Below, in pieces: positions 21,983-34,356 of a stretch of 64,000 nt of DNA. The translations under genes were made by a program, and so were the position numbers. The stretch is taken from contig JAUCBJ010006937.1 of assembly GCA_032718475.1 (NCBI GenBank), positions 124,001 through 188,000 of the forward strand. The letters are read 5' to 3'. This DNA is from Nemertoderma westbladi (Eukaryota > Animalia > Xenacoelomorpha). The notes beneath the pieces are model-generated. The model worked only from the letters and a program-made list of their open reading frames with translations, ran no database searches and was not told the origin of the DNA. The first letter of the stretch is position 1. Every line of letters starts with the position of its first letter.

Positions 21983-22393
21983 GTTGCGTGCGCAGTTCGG
22001 GGTGTAGGCGGTGTAACTAGTCCAGCTGTAGATCCCGGATTGCCGCGCAACACCCCCTCTATCCCGTTATTCTGGTGGGTCCATGGTGCATCCACATGAC
22101 TTCGACGATAGAGGGTTTTATGTTTCTCAGTCGCGTTATTCTGGTGGGACCGTTGCGTGGATTTTGGGGCGTAGGCGGTGTAACTAGTCCAGCTGTAGAT
22201 CCCAGAATGTTGCGTAACCCCATCCCACATGACTTCGTCGACTGAGCTTTATGTTGTTGGGAGTGTTATTCTGGTGGGTCCCTGGTGCATCCACGTGACT
22301 TCACTTCCAGCGTCTTCATTGTCCGTTACGTGCGCAGTTTGGGGCGTAGGCGGTGTAACTAGCCCAGCTGTAGATCCCAGATTGCCACGTAAC
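21983..22393 (+). ncRNA. Array of two interleaved structured RNA motifs (three copies each) between pol and ORF3 of B
   Basis: Cores GTAGGCGGTGTAACTAGYCCAGCTGTAGATCCC and GTTATTCTGGTGGG..CCACRTGACTTC, each closed by stems that differ between copies but stay complementary. Confidence 0.75.
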
Positions 22394-22574
22394 ACCCCTT
22401 CCACGACAAAGATTAACCAAAGAAGATGATTGAATGTAGTTGGAAATGATGAAAAGGATCAGACAACTCTACTATAAACCTGAATGGTGACGCGTATGAT
22501 GATGAAAATGAAATGATGCGCACCCTGGTGCTGCGCTTATAACAAATGATGATAGCCGGGGGGCTATAACCCCA

Positions 22575-22805
22575 ATGATGATGTGGAAATAAACAAAATG
22601 TGAAATAAATGGTGGAAATAAATGTGTTGAAATATGTGGAAATAAATGAAATGTGAAATAAATGGTGGAAATAAATGTGTTGAAATATGTGGAAATAAAT
22701 GAAATGTGATGAAATAATAATGAGAAATGGAAAAAGACAAAAAAAAGGTATAAAAAGTCTAAAGAAAAGAATTGGAAAAAAGAAAGGACAAAAAAAGTCA
22801 TAAAA
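22575..22805 (+). repeat. Purine-rich low-complexity tandem repeat
   Basis: Two ~53-nt units AAATGTGAAATAAATGGTGGAAATAAATGTGTTG followed by A-rich runs. Confidence 0.8.
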
Positions 22806-22993
22806 AACTGGTTGGATATTAATGTATAGTTATAGTAACTGTAAATGCTGAATGTATTAGCAATAAGATGATAGATGCCTATATAGCAATGTTATTTAAT
22901 AAACTGAACTGAATTATTCTGCAATCACTATAGTTTCAGACTTTCTGGACTTATAATTAACTGATCTAATTTGTAACGGATATAATCGTAAAT

Positions 22994-25599
22994 ATGGACC
23001 CAAATCGCCAAATTATCGGCGAATTACGTAACACGATAGATCTACTGGAATATTCGCAACCCGGATCCCCTGACTTTGATACAAATTGGAGCACCCTGCT
23101 AAATGAGAACGTGCGAGTCGTTAAATTCACCGGGCGAGAGGGACCGGATTCCAAGAATCTACGAGCCCTCCGGTTAGCCGATGCTAGTACGAGACTGAAA
23201 AGAACTCGGAACGCAAAGGCAACCGGAGGGGAGGATTCGTCGTTTTGGGAAATGTTCCGGCAAAGCGTCTACAGATCCCGATGTTTGATCTACGACAACG
23301 AGGGAAACGCGACGCCTACCTCGAAAGCGATTTCGTTGGCGAGATGTCAAAGTTTCGTCGACGACAAGAGTACGTACCTCGCCCACTGGGGAAACCTGTC
23401 GGAGTGTACGGCGACGCTTCGAGAGGAACGTATATCGACCATCCAGAATCGCGACGACTACCAAGAAAAGTACGGGGCGAAAGAATACGGTCGATCCTTG
23501 GTCGTCGTCCTCGGAACACTGGACGGTTTGGTATTGGTGTGTCGAATATTTACGACGCCCAGACAGGAAGTGCAGGCAGCCGGAGCGATCTGGTTGCTAC
23601 CTCCGGAAATCCAAAAGATCCTCTTCGACTTCGATGTCATTAAAATCGGGTCGGATATAAAGGCGGACGTCCGGAACGACTACGCGAACGCTCCCTCAGG
23701 AAGAAACCGACGGGACGACCTCAACGCCCTAAGCCATTGCGTCGACACTCAAACGCTACTAGCCTGGTTATGATTCTCCGAGTTCATGCGAGGATTCCGG
23801 GAGGTAAGACCGACGAAATCCGGGATCGGCTACCTCGCTGTGCTAAACGGCGGCATCGACTTCAAACCCCAGAAATTCTGGGACTATAATAAAATATATG
23901 GTGGATACCCGGGATTAGAAATAAAGAGCGAGCGAGGGGGTCGATGGAAGGATGTTGACCGGAAGTGGATGATACACCAAAGGTGGGAGAATCCCGATCG
24001 ACGGAACTACGTCTACGTCGTTATGGAGTGCTACACCGTCGCTAAGTTTATCTGTAAAACTCTCGATAACCTCATTACGGCGGTTCCTCTTTCCTTCGTC
24101 GACTACGACTGGAACGAGGTTATAAACCACGCATTCAAAGCGGTCGAGAACATCACACCGGGAGAGACTAAACGAAAACGCTCGCCGTTATCGATTCCTG
24201 GGACGAGAGCGGACCTTACGACATCCCCACGATTACGGATCTTCTCGGTGCGGAGGAGCCTCTGATCTCTTCGGAAGGGGAAGAAATATGGCTAAACGAG
24301 GGCGTTCTTCTCTCCACCCCGAAGCGACAACTCGAGCCAGAGGCCGCTTACCAACCGGCCGCCAAACGGGTTGCCTCCACCGAACCTACGACGGAAGCGG
24401 GCGTTTCCTCACCACTCGGCTTCGGTAGCCCTGCGAGGGAGTTGGTTACTACCTTCGCGTTAAATGACTTCGGCGATACGTGCCAAAGGTTATCCCCGTA
24501 TCCTTTCCCGGGTGGCGAAGACTGGTCGTCGGAGATTCCGAGTACCAGCAATCAACTGACCCGCTCAGCGATATTGGTCGAGAAGGGCCCCAGCGCTGCG
24601 CCGACTCCCGACGATCTCCTCGGAATCCCTCCGTCGAAAACCCCGGCACCTCTTCGCCGACCAGCGGTGGCTACTACACCCTCCGTTCCTCAGGATCCTA
24701 TGCGACTAACCCGTTGGTACGCCGAGCAAACCGAATGGATCCACCGCCAGAAACGGTCGTCCGAGTTGAGGCCGACGGGACACAAAGAAGGTTATCGGAG
24801 CGAAGAACTACTACACCAAAGCCCAGCCTTCCGCGGGCTACCGACCACCGCGAATATCCAGAAGAGCGACCGACGACTCGAGTATCACCTCGGCGTCCCG
24901 ATTCCGATATTTCCCGGTCGAGAGATGCAGTTGGAGGTGTGCGGCGACTGTGGTTCGGAACAGTGCCCACGCGGTAGAAGGAATCGGGTTACCGATTCAT
25001 GCCTCCAGCTCCTCGGGATACTCTATTGCCCATACTGCGTGACATCGGGCCACGACGTTTCCGTCTGTCCGATCCTATATAACCTCTGCACCACGTGCGG
25101 TTTCCGTGGACATTCCTCTAGCCCCCGCTGCTATATCAAATGTCCTACCAAAGACGTTACCGCTATGGGAAATATGGTCATGTTTGAAACATACGCAAAC
25201 AGCCACATAAAGACCAAGGTTCGGAGAAACGCTCGGAATATCGCGCAGGAGATGGCGTGCGGGTACTTCTCCTTCCCGGAACGCCTCCACACGTCGGCCA
25301 CGCTGCCTTTCCATTACGTGGATTTGTTGCTGAGCGCTGGATTATTCGGCCCATTCGAAGTCATTAGACTCTTATACTCGTATAAAGAGGAGTTCGGCGA
25401 CGGAGAGTGGTTCCTCGAGGCTCGCAACTCCGAGTTGGAACGACGAACCGATATGCTCCCGATGCCATCGAAAGGAAGAGCCGCCAGGAGACAAGCCGAA
25501 GCGTTGCTCACAATGGATGTTGACGCTCCTCTACCAGCTATTGCGATCGACGAGAGCCGACGGGCGAAGAGGCGAAAGGCGTATCAGAGAAAGAAATAG
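22994..25599 (+). pseudogene. ORF3 of B: N-terminal DEDDy-like exonuclease plus C-terminal CCHC knuckles (~870 codons reconstructed)
   Basis: ORFs 22994-23773, 23786-24265 and 24442-25599 join via in-frame TGA (23771) and a frameshift near 24170-24220; IYDNEG, LPPEIQKILFDFDVIKIGSDIKAD, VDTQ, KSGIGY, YVVME; CPYCVTSGHDVSVC, CTTCGFRGHSSSPRC. Confidence 0.85.
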
Positions 25600-25764
25600 T
25601 GGAACGGGATATTCCAGGAACATTTATCGAACATTTATTTTTATACATATATATATAAACTCTAGGCCAAATTAATTAAAACTATGCAATATTAAATTTG
25701 GGTTTTTTATATTGGGAATGACCTACGCAAACTCAATCTACCGACAGACTTCACGAAGTTCATT

Positions 25765-25773
25765 GGGGGGGAC
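25765..25773 (+). promoter_or_regulatory. Polypurine tract of B
   Basis: GGGGGGGAC immediately before TGTT of the LTR. Confidence 0.7.
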
Positions 25774-27264
25774 TGTTCGCGGTATTTCAACTTTCCATAA
25801 CGCGAGTTGAATATTTTTTGTACTAATTTAAAATGATTATTCCGATATTACTACTGGGTGCGGGACCATGGGTTTTGGGCACATTCTATAAACTGGGGGC
25901 GAGTTATGGGCGAACTTTGGGGCGACTTACAGGGTACGGGACTAATTTCATGTTTATAAGGGCCAGGGGGGGATGGAAAATTCAAGCAGAATTCAGGTTG
26001 GCCTGATTACTATTAGGCCCTGGCCAACTTCCTGCTGCCTGTAGAGGTGGATTTGGTAACGCGCCAGGCCTAAAGGACAAGGACTGCCCTTAGCGGTCCC
26101 TGGCCAACAGCAGTTATTACGAGACTGAAAAGAACTCGGAACGCTGACTGCTTGTGTCAGGGATTTGCGACGGGAAACGACACGACAGACCCCTAGCTAA
26201 GCCGTACTGGTTCTCGATGATCGTTCCCTTCGGGGTTCGTGAGGGGTGGGACGGACACGCGAAAGGGTCTACCGACTTATGGAGGAAGGGTTTGACGAGG
26301 ACTGCCCTTAGCGGTCTCTGGTCAACAGCAGTTATTACGAGACTGAAAAGAACTCGGAACGCTGACTGCTTGTACCAGGGATTTGCGACAGGACCGACGA
26401 CAGACCCCTTAGCCAAGCCGTACTGGTTCTCGATGATCGTTCCCTTCGGGGTTCGTGAGGGGTGGGACGGACACGCGACGGGGTCGAAAGACAAAGGACT
26501 AGACTCTACTGGCCTACCGACTGTTCGGAGCAGTTTCTCGGCTGCCGAAGCGACTACGAGCCTGAAAGGGACTCGGAAAGCCTAGGTGGTTGGGTTTCTG
26601 CGATGAACCGACGGACCCCTAGCCAAGCCGTACTGGTTCTCGATGATCGAACCCTTCGGGGTTCGTGAGGGGTGGGACGGACACGCGAACGGGTCCACCG
26701 ACACGACAGACTCCTAGCCAAGCCGTACTGGTTCTCGATGACCGATCCCTTCGGGGTTCGAGAGGGGTGGTACGGATACGCGACAGAGTCTACCGACTGG
26801 ACCGACCCTTAGCCAAGCCGTGCTGGTTCTCGATGATCGTTCCCTTCGGGGTTCGGGAGGGGTGGAACGGACACGCGACAGGGTCGACCGACACCGACAC
26901 TACGGCATCAAGACTAGGACCGAGGGAAATTCTGGGGAACATTAGTTAGGCTAAAATCTGAGCGAACAGTGGGTAATTAAATAATATACTGTAGGGATTT
27001 ATATTGTTGTGTATAATTATTGTGAATATTTGGTGTATATTGATTTGGGGAAGCCCAAAATTATTCTCAATCAGGTTCAACAGAGTTCAGTTACATTAAA
27101 GAGTATATCCAACTAATGCAGCTTTTTCTCAACCGCAACCTGCATCTCAGAAATCATTCCTTCTCCACAATCAATATCCGGTGACTGGCCGGGGCTCGGT
27201 GGTCTGTAAAGTCACGTCTCCAGCATCGGCGTTTTTCCCCCCTGGTGTTGGGATAACGGCAACA
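25774..27264 (+). repeat. 3' LTR of B (~1.49 kb)
   Basis: TGTTCGCGGTAT...ATAACGGCAACA imperfect terminal inverted repeat, PPT upstream, abrupt change to AT-rich flank downstream. Confidence 0.78.
26081..26886 (+). ncRNA. Structured RNA array within LTR B: five ~84-nt k-turn/UUCG units and three GAAA-hairpin units
   Basis: Units at 26187, 26403, 26613, 26708, 26803 with covarying closing stems; second motif at 26081, 26299 and a variant near 26505. Confidence 0.8.
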
Positions 27265-27301
27265 ATATTTATAGTTATATTTTGTTAGTGTCTCTCTAGT
27301 A

Positions 27302-28130
27302 AGATAGATAGATAGATAGATTTATTTATACATTATGTAAAAACAATAACAAATACACCAAACAATGTACCTGTATAAAGGTATTGTCCAACATAACATA
27401 TAGGATTACCCCTAAAGCTTTGCAGCTTATTTCCAAGGGGGTCCTTTATGTTACTTGGTTACAGATACAATATTACACTACGCTAACCTAAAACCAATAT
27501 AAAACGTAATTACACTATGTACATGTACAACTTTACCGAGAGCGTGACAATGTCCGACTCAACGATAAAGATGTAATGTACAGAACAATTTATTATAAAA
27601 CGTAATTACAGTATAAATAGTAAATAATTAATAAACTAATAACTTACTGTAGGACTATTGTACCTATTTTTACATTGCACACGGAGATGAGATTTAACTG
27701 CAGATTTAAAAGAATGTTGATTATTTAGGTTTTTAATTTCATTAGGCAGAGCGTTCCAATTTTTTATGCCGTTAAAAAAGAAAGTATCAGATTCAAAGGA
27801 TTTACAATTCGGGAGGTAGAAGTTTGAAGCACTAGCTCTGGTACTGTAAGAGTGTGTATCGCGTACTCTGTTGAATTTTTGTTTTAGGTAATTGGGACAT
27901 TTACCATTATACACTTTATGCACATGGTTAAGGCGTAGCTGCTTAACTCTACTATCTAAGTTAAGTAGTCCAGATTCAGAAAAGTCATCTGGAGTTAGGT
28001 GGTGCCTAGGTTTGTAGTCTTTAATAAATCGTACTACTTTATTCTGAGCTACTTGTAATTTACATTTAAGCTGTTTGGTTAAGCCTTCATACCAAGAAGA
28101 GCACGCATAGTCCATGTGACACTGTATTAA
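27302..28130 (-). mobile_element. 5'-truncated CR1-group (L2/Crack/Daphne-like) LINE
   Basis: ORF2 C-terminus DYACSSWY..LQVAQNKVVRFI..HSYSTR..WNALP (27636-28115), 3' UTR ending AATAAA(TCTA)n. Confidence 0.85.
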
Positions 28131-28937
28131 AGAAGAGAAGTAAAGAAGAGAAACTAAAGAAGGGTAAACTGTGCATAAAAGTATCAGACAATTTTATGTT
28201 CCATCAAATGTAAAATTAAATGACTTTCCGAAAAGAGATTAAGCATTTTTTACATAAAACTTTCCACAAAGCTGGTAATGAAATAAAATATAACAAAATG
28301 GTAAAAAAATAAAATCTTATTACGATTCATTCTATAGTTTGTGTCATTCTGGTTTTGCATTCATCTTTATAATTTCAAATCCCTTTGCCATGTTGAATGT
28401 ATGTTAATGCAATATACTATGGAACTAATTTAACATTGTATCTAAATAACGCTTTGATGGAATTATTATTGTGTTGCAATACGCAGTGATACTCTCGACG
28501 AATAGATCAATAATGATGATATTCTTGACGTAGTTGCATTGCCATCTATGCAAATTCCTCATTTGCATAGATCAATGATAAAATTCTTATGACATCTGTT
28601 ATGCGTTTTTTCTAACAGCATGACACCTTATCATAACTCATATTTTCCTCCTGTACTGGTATACTCAATTACCATATCCTCATCGATTTGTTAATTGCAT
28701 CAACATCATTGTTCTATGGCAAGGAATTGTAGTATGATGAAGCCTTACCACTATAGCTGGGCGTATTGTAACGTTGGAAGAAATGAATGGATGCAACTCT
28801 GTGATATATAACGATCATAAAAATAAATCATTAACTTCATTACAATCTAAATGCATTCAACGTTTATTTCTATTCGTAGAGAAACTATTATCCAAGTCAA
28901 TTAACTCGTAGAATATTTAGGTTTCAGTGAGTGTACA

Positions 28938-29170
28938 ATGCAATTAGGTTGCGCCCTTCTTGGTGTGACCTGGTCGATCACTCTGTGGTCGACTGTTTTG
29001 GTCAGCGGACAGGAGTTGCTAGGATGTACACCGGAGATCTGGTTGTTTGATGATAACAACCAGGGAAACGTCGGAGCTTATAAAACCTACACAACGACAA
29101 CGGACTCTTCTCAGTTAATTGCAGACGGGATGAATGACAAAACATCTTCAGTCAGAGTTATTTGTGGGAT
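28938..29170 (+). CDS. Host secreted beta/gamma-crystallin-domain protein, exon 1
   Basis: Signal peptide, then IWLFDDNNQG...MNDKTSSVRVICG Greek-key motif; donor AT|GTGAGT. Confidence 0.75.
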
Positions 29171-29644
29171 GTGAGTGAATTAAATCTTTTATCGTTTTCA
29201 TTTTATCTATCTTTTATTATATCTATTTTATCAGTTTTAACTATAATACAATATGATTTAACTTACAATTATGAACGTTAAAAGATAAAGACATTCCTGT
29301 TAAAGAGTAAATAATACACAGAAGATTTAGTTTGACCATTGATTGAATAAAAATATTTATTAAATAGGAAAAAAGTATATTTTTTTTCACTATTCTTTCA
29401 CTATTATTCTCTATTTATTTACGTTATATTCTATTATAATTATTATATTATTATATATATAATAATATATATTATATAAATAATATATATTATTACTATT
29501 ATTATTATAATCTATTATAGTTAATAAATGATCGAGAGAATATTGAAAAAATGTTCTATGGTTTTTTCCCATGTAACACGTAATTTTATTCTTAAATTGG
29601 TAATTTTTTGTTTCTTAATTCTTTAATAAAACGTACATAGATAT

Positions 29645-32600
29645 AGTGGTACTACTACTAGGTCGAGCGAACTCAGACAGTGGAAATGAGATCCTTCCAG
29701 GCTTCCCGATTCTCCATAGTTATCGCAATTTCGTTTCTCCCAAGTTCAGTATCCCTTTCAAGTTGATCTATATATGTTATGGCCAGTCGTCCACGACTAC
29801 GCTATCCATGAGTTGGTTGCCAGAAAAGTAGATCTGGTATGACCTCGTCTTTACTTCGCCAGCAGTGCCCACTGAATCTTAATCTGCGTTCATGGAGGGT
29901 GGTTGATACAGGTGGTATTGTACCATAAAGCTCGGCGTTTGTCATGTGTTGTCTCCAGCTGATGTTTAGGGCTGCCCTTAGTAGTCTTGTGTAGCAACCA
30001 ACAATTCGTTGTTCAAGTGATTTAGCCAGTGTCCATGTCTCACCCAAGTATAAAAATACACTTTCCACTGTGGCTAGAAAGAACTTAGTCTTCAGGTGCC
30101 TGGAGAGATCTGATTTCCAGATTGTATTCATGTTTGATAGAGCTACCCAAACCTTTGCTTTCCTAACTTCTATGTCCCTTTTGCTACTCTCTATCCGTGA
30201 TCCAAGGTACTGGAAGCAGTCGACCTTCCTTAGTTGATTATTATCAATGGTTATAAAGTTTCCATCAACATTAAAGGTCATAAATTCGGTCTTGGTAGCA
30301 TTTTTATGCAATCCAACCTCCTTAGCAGCCCTTTGCACTTTATTTAGTAGAAGCTGTGCATCTCCTATCGTATTAAAGAGCAGGGTGATGTCATCCACAA
30401 AGTCGGTGTCTGTGACTGTAGTTGCCAGATATCTACTACTTCTGCGTTCTTGAAGTGTGAATCCCAGATCTTCACCCTTTGTGGCCATCCTCATTGCGCA
30501 ATCCAGCACAATTACAAATAGTAATGGTGCTAATGTGTCATCTTGCAGTACGCCAGCCAGGATTGAGAAAAACTCAGTTTCACCATCTGGTGAGAGTACC
30601 TGCGCTGTGTCACAATATAACAATCCAATGCCAGCAACAATTACTTCTGGTATTCCATAAGCTCTTAGGATTTCAAGCATTTTACCTCTATGGATGGAGT
30701 CGAATGCCTTCTTGAAGTCCACAAAAGTCATGACTGCGGGGAGATTCTTTGACTTAATTCCTTCAATCAGTCTCCGTAGTGCAAATATCTGAGCTATTGT
30801 TGATCTATTTTGTCGAAATCCGTTTTGACTCTTACGCAGTAGTTTCTCTATATGAGGCCTAATCCTATATAGAATCATTTTATTGTATTTTTTGGCAGCT
30901 AACACAAGCAGGCAGATCCCACAATAGTTTGTTGGTATACCGAGGTCTCCTTTCTTGGGGTGAGGCTTTAGTTGAGCTTTAGTCCAAATTGGTGGTGGCT
31001 TTTCCCCTTTTAACATCCGGTTAAAAGACTGACCGTCAACTAAATAAGTCATTGAGGTCTATAGTGCCTAGGGCACCATTGAAGGCAAAGGCTTGATATG
31101 CACCTGTATTAGAGATGATACACGCCCTGCCCTGTCCTTACTGGATGCTCCTCTACCAGTGTTAGGTAACATAAGCCAGGAGGCACACTTGGTTCATGGT
31201 GTAACAAAAGGACCCCTACAGTCAGCAGCAGGGCTGTAGGCCATGGATAGGCAGAAGGTAATCAAAGTTGCGACCACAAGTGGTTTACTCCCACAACTGA
31301 AAGATATGAGTATGAGAACCCTCCAGGAGAAATACAGGCTCGGTCGTCGCCTGGGTCAACAAGGACCGCGTCCCTCAGTGGTACACTAGGATGGGTTCGA
31401 TAAATTGGCTACTGGAACAGAAGACAGAGAAGAAAGAAGAACCAACCTGTTGAAATTTAAAAAGACACTAAAGATTGCTACAATGAACGCACTCACGCTG
31501 AAAGCACATACCAGTCAGGGTGACATGGTCGCTCTGGCAATGGAATATAACATCGACATCATCTACATCCAAGAGCATCGGATTTGTCATGAAGAGACTG
31601 CCATGAAGTACAATGACATCGAATCTATAAATTCCAGGGTTATGATCGCAACATTTGATGGGAATCCCAAGGCAACAGTTATATGTTGCTACAGTCCAAC
31701 CAATGCCTTAGAGCCAGAACAAGCAGTCAAGTTTTATGAAGAACTGACTGGACTTATAAAGGACATTCCAAAACACAATGTTAAAGTCATTGCTGGTGAC
31801 CTGAATGCGCAAATTGGCCCAGAAGACATCAAGGGTTACACCTATAACACCAGTTCTAACAGAAATGGATTCTAAATACTTTTAGACCTGTTTTCCCTCC
31901 GCTGGGATTTCATCTAATCCACTCGCTTTAATATTTGACATGCTTTTAAAGCTTCTTTGGAGTTCGGCATGTATGAATTCCCCTGTTTCTATAGGTAGTG
32001 TCTTGTCATATATTTTCCTTGTAGGGCTGACCTCGATGTTTGGTGGCTGCCCAAGCAAGTTGCTGAAGTGATTTTTCCACTTCCCAACACGTTCTTCAGG
32101 AATATCGGCTTTGAGGCACCCCTTTGCACACTTTTTCCGACCAGATACCTCATTTACAGTTTGCCAGGTAAGACTTGATTGTTGCTGTATGTGAACAGTT
32201 TTATTTGCCTCAATTTTATCCTGTATGTACTTTTCATGGCTGATGTTGTAGGCAAATTTAAGATAGTCCTTAGATTTCTCAACCTTGTTGATGTTTTCGG
32301 TTGTTGGTGGTTTGTTTTTTACTTCGTAGGCTATCTTTAAGATCTTCTCTCTTACAAGTAACCTCAGAGTTTTGCCATGGCACATACTGTTTTCGTATGG
32401 GTTTCTGGGGGATATGCCTCTTAGCTGATTCATTGTGGGCTGTTATTATATTCTGGTATATTGAATCGGTGGACTGGTCTTCATCCTTTGACTGAAGTGC
32501 TTCAAAGTGGTTTTGAACTTCTACTGTGTAAGCATCCTTTACTGCATTGTCAGATCTGAGTTTCTCCCAGTCATAGTTGATTTGCTTGCTTGGGTTTCCT

Positions 32601-33390
32601 GGCTCTCAAACTGAGTCTGATTCCTGCAGTCACAATTGTGTGGTCCGAACCAATTAGGTTGAATGAGCTGTATGCCTCGCAGTTGATCATGCTGTTTCTT
32701 CACTTTTTTTTATAAGGATGTAATCCAGTTGTGCTTTGGTTCCATTAGGGTATTGAAAGGTACATAGCTTCCCCTTACTCTTTTCAAATGTGTTTTTTGT
32801 TGGTATCAATTCACATTCTTCCATTAGGTCTAGAAGTAAGTACCCATTTCTGTTAGAACTGGTGTTATAGGTGTAACCCATTCAGGTCACCAGCAATGAC
32901 TTTAACATTGTGTTTCAGAATGTCCTTTATAAGTCCAGTCAGATCATCTTCATAAAACTTGAGTGCTTGTTCTGTCTCTGAGGCATTGGTTGGACTGTAG
33001 CAATATATAACTGTTGTCTTGGGATCCCATCAAATGTTGTGATCATAACCCTGGAATTTATAGATTCAATGTTGTTTAGGGTCTTGAGTGCAATTGGGCT
33101 TAGCAGAACTCCACCAATTGATGCATTGGCCCAGTTTCTTACTGCTGAGCTTGTTACTAACGTCCATCCATTTCCAGTGTCATTGTACTTCATGGAAGTG
33201 TCTTCATGACAAATCCGATGTTCTTGGATGTACATGATGTCGATGTTATATTCCATTGCCAGAGCGACCATGTCACCCTGTTTGGTATGTGCTTTCAGCG
33301 TGCGTGCGTTCATTGTAGCAATATTTAGTGCCTTTTTACATTTCAACAGGTTGGTTCTTCTTTCTTCTCTGTGTTCTGTTCCAGTAGAAT
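29645..33390 (-). mobile_element. Decayed RTE-clade LINE with an inverted 5' fragment of a sister copy at ~31060-31880
   Basis: APE pieces (IATMNARTL, QEHR, GDLNA, LDYIL, SDH) 33346-32640, linker 32433-31882, RT 31052-29802 (VDFKKAFD, FVDD), 3' tail CGACCTAGTAGTAGTA. Confidence 0.88.
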
Positions 33391-33782
33391 CTGGGTCTGG
33401 GTACTAATGAGTCTGGGTACTACTAGTATCGGCATGCTGCATTTCAGCTGCATGTTTAAGAATGCTGTGCCGGCTTGTCGACAAAACTGCGCCGCCACAA
33501 CTCCCTATCACCCATGACATTTGCTAGATCATCCGCATCTTCAAGACCAGTGTCTTTTTTTTGGCAAAACAGCCTTTTTCAAATAAAATTTTAATAATGA
33601 ATTTATTAAATTACTTCGTGTTCTAGAATATGCTATCATTTTGTTTGGAACGTATTCTTCAAGGACATATTTAATTTTTGTTAAAATCGCGCAGTTTGCG
33701 ACCATACATAGTTAAAAATAATATAATATATATTTGTATTTTTTAACATATAATTTATAAGACAAATACATTTTTTCTCCAG

Positions 33783-33940
33783 ATGGATATTATATCGAGA
33801 CAACTTTCTTGGACCCAACTACGTTGTTGATTACGGCGATTACGACACAAATGATATAACCTCCATCAATAACATTCTGAGTTCTATACTCCTTCTACCC
33901 AAGAACGGTATTACGTTGTTTACTGATTGGGATTTCATGA
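33783..33940 (+). CDS. Host beta/gamma-crystallin-domain gene, exon 2
   Basis: TTTTTTTCTCCAG| acceptor, phase-compatible with exon 1, WILYRDNFLGPNYVVDYGDY..NNILSSI..ITLFTDWDF, donor GTAAGT. Confidence 0.75.
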
Positions 33941-34356
33941 GTAAGTCACTAATAAAATTCATAATTTTGAATACCAGTAATCATTAATATTATTGCCTGT
34001 ACGACTACAACACTTGTTTGGTTATTTTACACTTATATAATACTACAATCACTTTGCTGCATTGCAGCTACGATTTGAGATGCTATGCATGCATGCTTGG
34101 CAAAATAATTTTTTTCACAACCATCATCAATAAAATTGAGGTGCCAAATTATATCACACACTGTATTTCTACTTATCCGCGTCTTAAGAGTATGAGTAAG
34201 AGTAAGAGTATGCATTTAAATGATTGATGAATGTATAATGATTTTCAACCTAGTACCTAAATTTTACTGCCTTTTTTAAATTTTAAAATTTATCTATTTT
34301 AAAATTTATTTATATCTATAAAGTTTATAAAATTATCTGCCTTATTCATTTCACAG

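Larger units (their letters stand above)
14311..27264 (+). mobile_element. BEL/Pao element B with upstream partial tandem copy B'
   Basis: gag-pol 16265-21705, ORF3 22994-25599, PPT, LTR 25774-27264; 14311-16264 duplicates 22863-24818. Confidence 0.9.

Noticed and set aside
23771-23773. Selenocysteine UGA decoded by SECIS-like AUGA/GA motifs in the LTR array
   Set aside because: Upper helix is only ~7 bp with no apical AA, the aligned residue in A is not Cys, and a CGA-to-TGA mutation is simpler; intact copies would settle it
22994-25599. ORF3 as an env gene
   Set aside because: No signal peptide, fusion peptide or transmembrane anchor; nuclease and knuckle motifs instead
26081-26886. CRISPR-like repeat-spacer array
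   Set aside because: Eukaryotic LTR context, no cas genes, 84-nt units, and the intervening segments are themselves repeats
21983-26886. Hammerhead or other known ribozymes in the arrays
   Set aside because: No CUGANGA/GAAA core or other recognisable consensus seen on either strand; a novel ribozyme cannot be excluded
29400-29525. AT-only quasi-palindromic tract
   Set aside because: Ordinary intronic low-complexity sequence
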